NCBI GenBank assembly: GCA_046563655.1
Contig: CM102286.1
Location: 10,230,001 to 10,294,000 of the forward strand
DNA: 64,000 nt
Direction: 5' to 3'
From: Yuukianura sp. NJ FZ-2021
Lineage: Eukaryota
Each line of letters opens with the position of its first letter. The first letter of the stretch is position 1. A model generated the notes under the pieces. It was not told the origin of the DNA. It did no database searches and saw only the letters and a program-made list of their open reading frames with translations. Both the position numbers and the translations under genes were made by a program. Positions 34,250 to 45,699 of this stretch are shown here, in pieces.

Positions 34250-35645
34250 TTAAAATGTGAGAAGGAGATTGATGAGTGTTCCAATTACTATGTCTTGCAT
34301 CACAATGGGATAGCTATTTTTGGCAACAGTTATATTTCCGATTTTCAAACGAATAACCGGAGCTGATCTGAGAACTGCTTTGTTCAGGCGAGAGTTTGCA
34401 AACTCCGCGAAAATTTCCCTGAACTTTATAGAATTTTCTGTGATATTGACATAGAATTGAAGGCAAAAATAGAGCGCCACTGAAGAATTAATAACACATA
34501 ACCCCATGAAGGAAATGGCGGCAATGCTCAACTGTCCCCAGAATCTAATGATGCAGAACAGAGCGGTTGAGACAACGTTAGCAATAACGCATACGTTGAG
34601 CGGTCCAACCGTTTTCACAAAATTATCCATCAGTCTTGCAACAACTCGAAACGTTCTATCCAGCATTATTTCTTTACCACGCAATTGCTTTGAGGCCAAC
34701 CTAGTATAAGAACAAGTTATTTAAAGTAAAAGCGTAAATAATATAAAATATACATAACTTACTTTTTGTTTACGAATGTTTGCCATTTCCCAAAGTTGTA
34801 TAGGTTAAAAAGGAAGACGTTGGCCATGCAAAACATCGTTTGTGCAAAATCAATTGCGATGACGCATGATGCGAAAAGAGAAACTAAGAATCTACCGCCA
34901 TAAATCAAATCACAAACTTCCTGGAACGGTTTCAAAAAATATAATTTCGGTTGACCAGAAAGTCGAACATGGCAATCACGGTGAAAAAACCAAACGCATG
35001 GACTCCGCATGCACAGTAAAAATAGATGAACTCACTCAACCGGTTACGGAGGACTGGGCCACTTCCTAATTCGGCAGCTATGGATCAAAAAGTGTTTTAA
35101 AAAAGTGTTAAGCTTTTAAGAAAAAAAAAACTCGTAATGGCGGCGAATTAGGAAATACAGGGAATCGAATTACCGAAATTCCAAATTACCCCTAGCCTAT
35201 CATTGAGGAAGACACTTCGGTAAATGAACCATACTGTCTGACCGTTCCAAATTTGTCAACCTACACTACGTTTCCTTCTTACCAAATGTTTTATCCATTA
35301 AGTTCATGCCATTGATGTAATTAACAATAGTAGGTTGTGGAAACGCTAAGATGTATGGAGAAAAATATATGCCAGAGAGAAGTATCCCTTGGAGGTATAG
35401 AAATATTTCTTTCCCAGTCGTGATTGGATCAAAAATTTTGTAGGCGCAAAAAACAATTACAAGAATCTTGATGCCAACTAAAATTGCATACAATGGTCTC
35501 CACAATTCGAATTGTCGTTTACAGATTCTACTTGAAGCAATTTTATAACAATTTCCACTTGAGTCCCATTCAGCCACGGATAAATGAAAAAAGTTCCAGA
35601 ATTCAAAAAGAATCGCTGGATTTTTAAAATTGATGGAGTGATCAT
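34250..35645 (-). CDS. Gustatory/odorant-receptor-like 7TM chemoreceptor (3 exons; one frameshift in a T6 run near 35590)
   Basis: Multiple hydrophobic helices; C-terminal S.P.IRLKIG…IGTLINLLLTF resembles the arthropod GR/OR TM7 end. ATG at 35645 is one base out of frame with exon 1. Confidence 0.6.
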
Positions 35646-37272
35646 TGTTTCGCTTACTGATGAAGAGAAATCTCCAAATAAAGAATAGGAGTGATGAAAT
35701 ACTTTACAAAGTTCTAAAGGTTATATTTCTTTCTGAGGCAATTTCACATTCATATACCTATTGATTTTTGCGCAATTTGTGTTTCTTTTTTGAATTTCGT
35801 TGTTCTTTTTAGAATAAATTCGATGATACTGCTTTATGTCACAATTTAAAGTCTAAATTATTCCAAACCGGATACTTATGGTACGTGACTCGCGATATGC
35901 ATCCTTTTTTTTTTCAAATTCAGTCTTTAATTTAAGAGTGCCATTTCATAATATGTCGGTTTGACTATATTTATGACAACCCATTTTAAGTGGTATTCAA
36001 TTTGGGGTAAAGTAAAGAATACGAACATTCTATGTACACTACCAAATAATGCTTATGATTGTTGGGATATTGTGTTGTTATGCGTATTGCCTACAAAAAC
36101 ACAATTACGCTACCAAATAATGCTTCGTAATTCTCTTTGCTCTATTCTACGAAACTGAACTGGCCAAAATTAGACCTTTGCAGAATTTGCTGTAACTTTT
36201 ACATAAAATTGAAAATAAATAAATTTTCTACTTACTTTACAAAATTGAACACATTACCGTAAGGGAAATCCTTATTTTGGAAAATTTTCTTTAGGTACGC
36301 AAGTAGTCAAACATGTAGTAGAAAAGATAAATTATGAGCATTTTGATTGGTCACTGTATGGTGTTTGCTCGTCATGTCCTTTTTCTTCAATCCAGAAGGT
36401 TATACGGAGGTTAGTGGTGAAGGTTAGCCACAGCAGAACGTTTTTACATCCACATTAGTGCAATCAGCGGGAGTTTTTAAAATACTTTTCATAGCAGTTG
36501 GACACTGCGGAGAATCAGTAGCACACCCAGTGTGGCAGCAGTAAGCAATACGATCTACAAAATAAATCAACCTACAAAGTTACGACGAACTCTTTAATAT
36601 ATTACAAAAAACACCATAATCTATACTAGCATAATGAATAATAAGGTGCAATATAATAACCTACAGTTTATTAGTATTGAAAGGTGCAAAGGCAGAAGTC
36701 AATGCAATGATGTGATGACAATCAAAATGATGACGAGGCAGAGCAGATTTTGAATCCCGTCTTCTTCTATTTCGTTAGAAAAGTTGAAACAATGAATTTG
36801 TAACAATTCAAACCAGTTTGTTTTTTCTAAACAGAATTATTTGAAGTTTGAAAAAAAATTGAAACACGTTAATTCTTCGTGAAAGTCGAAAACAAAGTAG
36901 GGTGTGTAGACAAGCAAACCTCATTCTTGTCTATTCACTTATTCTCGTACTTCCTGAAAGCTTCAGTGTGTTGGGCGACTCGAAAAAAAAAACACTTTTG
37001 GATAAGAATTTTTCGAACAAAATTTTCACATTCCAAAGACTCTTGTTGAGCAGTGGTTTCCATATATTAACGATCTTCACTAGTTTCAACAAAGTTTGAG
37101 AATTTATCCTAACTTTTTGGAGTAGAATTTAGAATCACAAAAATTACAGTAGGTACGCAAGCTTTTGTTGTGTTTGAGGAAAAAATTGTTGTAACAAAGC
37201 TTTCTATTTTTATACGCCTCTTTTCCGCGAGGGTGACGTTTAGTTATATACGTTTCTCAGTGCAAAAAACGG

Positions 37273-37960
37273 TCAAAGGTCAACAGTATGAGATTGCATG
37301 GCCGTTGGACCACAAGGTAGCAACTCCTTATCACTGCCGCAGTCCGAGTCACTGCGCATGACAGGTGGTGGGAGTCCTTGAAAAAATGTTAAGGTGACCA
37401 AACCGCGGCGTTTTCTTCGTTTCATTTTGATCAAAATGAAGATTCCCGCCAAAATACTCAGCAATACTACCACGCCAATGACCAACAGCAACCACGGCGT
37501 TGGAAGTGTTTCGAAGTCGCGAGCAACATTTACCACCTCTTTCACTAAGTCACTCTTTGGTTTAAACTGATCTAGAATTGATGCGGAGGAATTCGGCGAA
37601 ATGATGGAATCATTCAAGGCAGTCACTGAAGTTGCGTTCAGAACTGTGCCGGCAACAGAGTCCGTGGAATCATCTTTCCATATCATTTTTCGCGTCAAAT
37701 CTCCGTTTTTCCAGTAGTAGTTTTCCAAGTCATAGGGTTTGTCTTTAAGTATTGTTCGATTGACGTGGCGTACCCTGCTCAAACAAACCCAGCTTTGTTC
37801 AGATTTTTGGATATACTAAATCGTTAACTGAAAAATGGAGAATTTCAATAAATTTTGATTTTGCATGTTGAGCTTACATTTCTGACCACAACATGGTGTT
37901 TTCTCCAAAGTCGAACCAACTCCACAGGTTTGCAGAACTTTTCAACGTGTTGCGCAACTT
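37273..37960 (-). CDS. Hypothetical single-pass membrane protein; 5' end not resolved
   Basis: Ser/Thr-rich stalk with N-glycosylation sequons, TM WLLLVIGVVVLLSILAGIFILI and stop-transfer KMKRRKRR. Cys-rich upstream exon with a GTAAG donor near 37877. Confidence 0.5.
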
Positions 37961-39196
37961 GAAAACCACTTTTCAAAGATGCTGTTCGTCAATTAAATGA
38001 GAGGAAACGGTTTTACGAAACGCAGAACTTGAAATGGTTAGGTATAAATTAATGGTTAGCATACATTATGCCACTTCTAATTATAATTTTTGTTTACAAT
38101 CGCAAAATTATAAAGTCGTCGAACTTTAAATTTGCGTTGATTTTATATCTGCAATCATTTAAATTGGTGACTAATTATGCGATTTTTTTCCCTCGTTTTT
38201 TTTTTTTTTTTTGGTTACAAGTTGAAAATACACATTCTAAAATCTATTTTTCTGGTAGGGAAATCGTTAAATCTAAATCTGTGCTGTTAGCCAATATCGA
38301 AACCAAGATGATGGCAGGAGTCCTGGTCCGTACTGGCCAATAATTACTTTGAACTAAAATGTGTCTCAAATAAAACTAATTTACAAAAGCGACAGCATTG
38401 ACTAACGATTAATCATGACACTGCGGAGGCGATCATTTTAAGAATTTGAGCTTTTATTGTTGGTTATGACTGCGACACATGCGGACTGAAGTGGATCAGT
38501 TAAGGTAGTATACAAAATCTATTTAGATAATAATTTTAATTTACTCTAAATTGCGGTTATCTAGCAGGAATTCTGTTGCGTCAATAGCCGAAATTTAAGT
38601 GTCTGTTGTTATTATGAATTTGTGTTTTTTTGTGAGGCTAGGCTCACCATACCGTTATGGGTAGAGTTCAAATAGAAGCATAACAACGTACGTTTTTCTT
38701 TGAACTGATAGAGTTTTGCGCCATATCACATATACTACTATAATCACTCACATATTCAAAAATATAATTCACGACCAAATTGTTAAACCGTAACGAAGAA
38801 TGGGATAAGGTCTCTAAATGGAAAGTCTGAAATCAAAATATAAAAGCAATTCTTAAGTGCTTTTTTTGCTTTCAAACACTTGAGGTTTTATGTTGACTTA
38901 CTAAAAAAACTGACTAAAATTCAATAAATCATAAAATTCAATAAAAACGATCCTTCAAAAATTGCAAATAAATTAAATTATCTTGTTAAACTAATGAATA
39001 CATCTTTCGTAGAGTAAATTTTGTAAAAACACTTATAATTGAAAGGATAATTTTGATTTTTTTTTAATTCGATTACTATTCGACGAATGGTTAGTTTATG
39101 TTTCGGCAATTATTCTAATTAACTCTAATGTCAATCCAACTTCCGCTACTTAAGTATATCCACCATACCACCCGTTGATGAAACCTAATTCATATT

Positions 39197-42100
39197 TCAC
39201 ATCCCATTCCGTTTAACATTGAAATCTAGCTTAAATTTGATTTTCACTTTAAAGCCCGTTATTGACTTCAATTTACGCTTATTCAATAAATTCCTTCCAA
39301 AAACTTCAATCAAAGCTGAAATATTTGAAACGACATGAAACACAATTAGAATGCAACACATCTTTCGCATGAAAGCATTAACACCGAATGGTCGCTTGAT
39401 GCCTTGCGGCTTCTTTTCTTCGCGAATCAAAATATTTCCTGGTTCGGATGGATGAAACTTAGACATCCATTTTGCCCAAATGTGGTAGATGTCATGCGCC
39501 ATCAAGTCCAATATCCCCCTGTAAATGATCTCCTTCCCGGGATCACGCTGCTCTATAACGAAACCGTCCCATTTCTTCAATATTTTTTTACTTCCTTTTA
39601 CAAGTTTCGGCCTATTATTCATGTGTTTGCTAACAGAAATAACAGCTTCCAATGCTTCTTCTGTATCAATGTACCCAATTCCACTACAGTTCTGTATTTC
39701 TGTCACCACTTTCTTATAGAACTCTTCCAGTGGCTCAAATTTCTGAAACGGTAAATGTGTAAATATTGCCCTCGAAAACGGTAGTGGTGAAGATACATAA
39801 CTTTTCGTTTCTAAACTTTTGTTGTGACCAACGGCACCTATATAATCGCATTGAAAGAATCCGACATTTTTCGGCAGCACACCAAAATTTTTGTAGTAGC
39901 TGATTGCATTTTCAACATTATTTCTCCCTGGTCTTATGTTGCAAACTGGAGGTTTTAACGACACGTGAATTTGTAAATTCAAGGACTTAACTATTTCAAC
40001 TACCTTGTCACAATTTGCCGCCAATGAATTATCAATTTGATGGCTTTTTGCAAGTCTGGAGCATAACCGAGGAACTATTTCAGTGACATCCGGGTAACAA
40101 AGACAGGGTTTGATAAGGCTAATATCTAAATAGGTGAACGCGAAATTTTCTTCATTCTGTGTTTCTGATTTCAAGTTCAGAATGTTATCCTCCCAACCGT
40201 CCGAAATGAAAAACTTCAGCTCTTCAGTTTCAGAAGCTTCATCTATACGTGTTTTAGTCATGAAATTTTCCATACATGTAGTCCCGGACGTAGCACGTCA
40301 TTACATCAGATCAATTACGTAAGTGACAATTATATAAGTGACAAAGACATCAGTGTCAATTACATCAGTACTACAAACACATCAGTAGTACAATTACATC
40401 CAAAGCATTTACATCAGTGACAATTACATCAGTGAGGCAATTACATCCAAAGCATTTACATCAGTTATCAAGTTACAACACAAGTGGTTCTAGTTTTCCG
40501 CGCCGAAGGCGCGGTGTTAGGTTTTCTAAAGTTCGCAATACGGATTACGTCTCGCAGGTTTAGAATTTTTCAGAATTTTACTTTAATTACTCATGTTAGG
40601 TTAGTAGTAGCCAAAATTTTAAAAGTAATTAATTTTAGAAGCTTTATTATTTAAATGAAATTGTCTAATACCAATATGATATAATTGCTCTTGATGTAAT
40701 TGTAGCATTGATGTAATTGTCACTGATGTAAATGCTTTGGATGTAATTGCACTACTGATGTGTTTGTAGTACTGATGTAATTGACACTGATGTCTTTGTC
40801 ACTTATGTAATTGTCACTTACGTAATTGAACTGATGTAATGACGTGGAAGCGTCCCGGATGTCACCGCAGCTTTGTAGATACTTAATAGAATTGTTATTA
40901 TTAAGGTCCAAAGTGTCAGAATTCGTAGCGCTGTACTGAAGTTGTTAAGGACTTTTTTGAATGAGTGCGATGGGTGAGCATTTGCTTCAAAAATCAGCGC
41001 AAAGTTGTAAAAAGCTGAAATGAAGATGGAATTGAAGGATGCACGCCAGTCGCCTTCGAAATGCTTGTAAGATACGATTAATACTGTGATAGGTACCAAA
41101 ATAAAAGCAAAACTGATAATGATTGACCATGCGACGGCACTGAAAGGCTTTAAATAAATTTTGATGGTTAAATTCTGCTCCAGGTCGTTACATGTTATAA
41201 AATTAAAATAATTTTCCCGCGTCGGAATGAATCTGTAAAAGTCCGGGTTTGGAGTATCGATGTTTCTAAAGTCTTGTATTTTGCCTGTAAACTCCTGTTG
41301 ACTTAGCATAAATTCTAGTACAGATGTGGCGTTTGAAAAGTCAATGCAGGGGGTAATTGAAGTGGTACAATCGAAAGGATCTGGGAGTACTCTAATATCA
41401 AATAAAGTGAGAGACAAGTAAGTCATTACGAGCTCTGGAGTCCATCTAACTGCGTTTTTATACCCGAAAGGTGGCAACGGTTTGAAGGGATTGTTTAACA
41501 AATCATTTAGTAACTCGCCGATATTTATAAAACTGGAGTTAATGAGTGTCCTCCAATTGTAAAAATGCGAGAGATGAGTCTCGGCATTTGTGCAACCCAA
41601 CGCAAATTTTCCGCCATACAAAATATTGTCCAAACTACTTTCTGCCGTTTTACGACAATTTTCATAACCACTATGGACACAGCTTGTAATACTTTCTAAA
41701 TACAATACGTGTGGTATATCCTGTTTTCCAGTTGTAGTTAATGCCTCCAAACTCCAAAACCATTGGCGCCAATCAGGAACGACATAAAATACAACAACAG
41801 ATAAAATTTCCGACATGTAGTACTCAATCCCTAAGCTGTCGCTATCAAGTTTCATTTGATTTCCGTAAACTATTAAGTACTCATGAATATCTTGTTTATA
41901 CATACGGATCAACTGCGTGCTTTCCATCATATTTTCATCTTGATGTTCAAAAATATTGATATATATTTTTGCACTTCGATGTACGAATTTTATTGCGACT
42001 TCAGTTACACTGTCAGAGAAGTCACTGAAGCTTTGAAATTTAAGTGCAGGAAACAAAAAGAAATAACAAAAACAAAAATTTCTTTTACGCAACTTCGGAG

Positions 42101-42326
42101 AAGTGATAAGGGATACGTTGTCGTTAATTAGTTTGACTGGTACCGCCAAACGGTCCTGTAAATCTAGCGGTCTGTAAAAATTAACAATTGATACTTCAGA
42201 ATCGGAATACTCATTCACCAAATGGTCCAACATTTCTATTCGATACGACACAAGAGATTCTGAACTAACAACCCTCAGAACACACGGCAGACACGCAATT
42301 GCGAAGACGCAGTTGAGGCAACACAT
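39197..42326 (-). pseudogene. Divergent ionotropic-receptor-like gene disrupted by a MITE
   Basis: Colinear paralog of 45700-48195 (NFITC..YLKPFS..W; YKAAVTS). Removing 40289-40851 and one TSD joins AAVTSGT to TCMENF in frame. Confidence 0.8.
40289..40851. mobile_element. Foldback MITE with ATTACATCAG-motif arms and 8-bp TSD
   Basis: TSD GTCCCGGA at 40281-40288 and 40852-40859, ~150-bp inverted arms, and the shared core ccgcgccgaaggcgcggtgttagg at ~40498. Confidence 0.92.
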
Positions 42327-43511
42327 TTCGGTAGTAGTTTCAGTATTTATCAGAACTCGTGTCTTACAGCGGTATAGAATGAACAATGTTAAATAGCTCT
42401 GAGAATTTTTGTGTTAGAAGGTCTAACTTATAGGTAGTTATAGTATGTTAGAATTCGTACTGGACATTGGACTGTAGTAGACGAAAAACCACATTCAACT
42501 TCGTGTCGAGCTGCTTCATAACTAAATTTATGATTTTAGAAATATTAAACATCAAGTATCGTCACGGACTCAAATATTTTGTACCTTGCTCCGCCCCGAC
42601 CTTGACCCCATATCAACCACACGAAAGGCAAAACTTATATTTTTTATCCTTCACTCCTTCTCAAAAACGTTCGAGAATTATAAATCATTCATTATATTCT
42701 TACATTAGTAATTATTCGTATTTGTGCCGTAAGACTCTTGGATGATCATCTCAATATTGTTCAATAACCTAAGCCGAAAAACGTATGCTTTACCTTGATG
42801 TGCTTGAATTTTTTGATATGATGTGACGTACGTGAAACAGCTCGTCCTGGCTTACCTTCTTCGGTGTTGTACGATCAACTTTCAAACGGGTCAACGTCAT
42901 GTTATCTGTTACAACTTGCTATTAAAAAACTTAACGTTTTGCGGGAAACAGATTGAACGCATTGACGACTACGAATTACTAATCGAATCTAATAGTTGCA
43001 TAAATATTGTACAATGACTTAAAACATTAGGTTGTATCAATTTGAAACATCAGCTTCATCATGCTTGATAGTACCAAGAAGCAGTTTATGTCAAATTCAC
43101 CTAACTTTGCACCGAAAATTTAGGTTAGGTTAGGTTATGGTTTTTGTACGTGAGTGGTAAAAGTGGTTCCGTTTCAAACTCATCCTTACTTATACACTGT
43201 AAACAAGAAAAATAGCGCAAATCGTATGCAGCACTACATACAGCTTTTAGGAACCACTTTGGTTCGCCAAACGTATTAAAAAGTGAGAGATAGAATAAAA
43301 ATGGAAGTTTGACCTTTGTACCTTCCTGTTGCATCTGTTTGGATAATGAGCACAACCGCATCAAATCAATTTTTGAGTTCAGCAGTATCAGAATCTAATC
43401 ACATCACACAACAAATCTCATCAGAATTTACACGGCAGCATGCGCATTCTCCTGGGACTTATTTTTAGTTTTAGTTTCGCAATTTAAGTTAACTAGTGGA
43501 TCCGTTTGATA

Positions 43512-45154
43512 ATGAGTCCATGGTCTTTCCTTTTCTTCTGCAGTTTGGCTGCGAGCAGTTCCACTTGGGACACATCCATACCTGAATTCGGTAATTTTTA
43601 TCTTGTACCAAGCTCTTGACTTCTGTCCTTCTGTCCTATGTTCTCAAATTCTAAAAAACAACTTCTGACAAATCTTTGAAAAGGTTCCTCGAAAAGAAAC
43701 TTACAAAATTTCTACTTTTTATAGAAGTCGAAGGACAATGGTGGGTATTCGAAAGTCAATTGGACAAAGAGGAGCGTGAAAACGATTTCAAAGAATTGGT
43801 TGAAAATTTGCGAATCGTTCTTCTTATTCCGTCTGGCGCCCTTGATGTTGAACACTCTCGACTCATTGAGTGGAGGAGCTTAATGCTCGCCAGAGAGGTC
43901 AGTGGATCTGAACTAAATAACAGAATCAGTATTAAATACGAAACCAATTTAAGTAATTACAAAAAGAATTAAAGTGTCGTGAATTGCAGTATCTTCACCG
44001 TAGTACAGACGTCCAAGTAATCAGTTATAAGATTCAACGCTTCGAACAATTCCTCTCTTCCGGAATAAATATGATTGCCATTTTAGAAAGCTATGAAGAT
44101 GATGTCATTTTCAAATCTTTCCTAACTATTATGATGAAGACGCGAGAAATTATGCTGGAAATTGAAAAGGTTGGTCATGAACACATTTAGTTTACAATTG
44201 AAGGAAGATACTTTGATTAAAAGCCAGGATTTTTTGAACTACTAGTATCACGTGCAGTATCAGACAGCAGAGTCACGACAAACAATGCTGTCCCAAGAAT
44301 GCTACGAGATTTTAGATTCGCTAAACAACAGCCAAAGGCACAAAGATAACACGGGTTTTCAAGAGCTCGTTCGGGAAGTTCTACTATGGAAAGCCAACGT
44401 AAGCAATGCCTAAGATTTTGTGAAATTAATATTTTTCATTGTAAATGATTTTAAAACACGCCATTAGACCAAAAAAATAGTCAAACGAAAATAGGGTAAG
44501 CACAAAATAACTAATGAAAGCTAGGTAAGAAAGAAGGAAGTCGTATTAATCACGAAAATTTGGGACCCGAGATTTTTTATTTATATGTAGGTAGTATTTA
44601 ACTTATTTAAATACCTGTTTCAAGGTAGGGTAGACTAAAACAGACAAACTTGTTTTACCCGATTGCATTAGCTAAACAGGTGTATCCTAAATATACTGAT
44701 TTCCTCTGTCTGGCTTACCTTTTTATTCTTACTAAATTCTGGTTACCGTATTTTTTTTAGTCTAAACAGCATGGACTGAATTAGGTTTTTCAACTAATGT
44801 TTGCTATTTTTCAAAATTTTAGTTTGAAGAGAGACATGACGCACTAATCGAATCCATAAAGGCTTATAGTGACGCATCATCGGCTTGGTTTTATGAAGCG
44901 TTATTAATGGGATATTACTCTGTAAGGCAGTCTATTTGAATTCATAATGTTAGTTCACATAGTGGTTGAAGAATTATATTTGTTTGCTAAAACTTAAATT
45001 ACAGAATGAAGATACTCAAAATGAAATGGGGCAAGTCATGACCGAAGATGAAGGCGCCGTTGAACTTTTAGAGGCAGCGAGAACACTAATTCGCACGTAT
45101 CAGGAAATATTAACGGAAAACGAGACGTTAGAAATTGTACATACAGAGCTATGA
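43512..45154 (+). CDS. Hypothetical secreted alpha-helical protein (6 exons)
   Basis: Signal-like MSPWSFLFFCSLAASSS and successive acidic helical exons with canonical GT-AG introns, ending IVHTEL*. Confidence 0.6.
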
Positions 45155-45699
45155 TGACCTAGAAAAACGATGGCTGGTTGAAACAGCAATTAAAATCGAT
45201 ATAGGTAATAGGTTTAATGGAGTATATTTTTTAAGGATTCTTTATTACAGTAACATTATTAATTATTATTTCTATATTTAAGTCTCGTGTAACCTCGGAA
45301 AACTAAAGAAATATTTTAGATGGATTTTAACTTTTATACGTCGAACTCAAGGTAAATAGAATACTACTAGGTAGTGCGGATAGAAAGTTTGTTTGGTTGC
45401 CATGTGGAAAAAAAAATGACGTCACCCGCTGAAAAATACCGGAATTCTGCGTATTAATGATGGTGTCCTATAGAAACCCGCAAACCGCATCTTGTTTACA
45501 TAGATGCCAGCGGGTTAAAATATCACGATTACGGTATTTTTTCAGCTGGTGACGTCACAAACAAAAAATTGCGTTGGTTGCTAATGGTGCTGATTGCAGG
45601 GGGCTGCGTCGAACTAAGCCAAAACAAAATTTTTCTTAAAAGATTGTCTAGACGTTTTCTCAAAAGAAAATTTTATAGACTTTACTTTGCAAACTCGAC

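Noticed and set aside
36330..36770. Possible small Cys-rich secreted peptide gene on the minus strand
   Set aside because: No ATG at the signal-like segment and a frameshift is needed; too weak to call.
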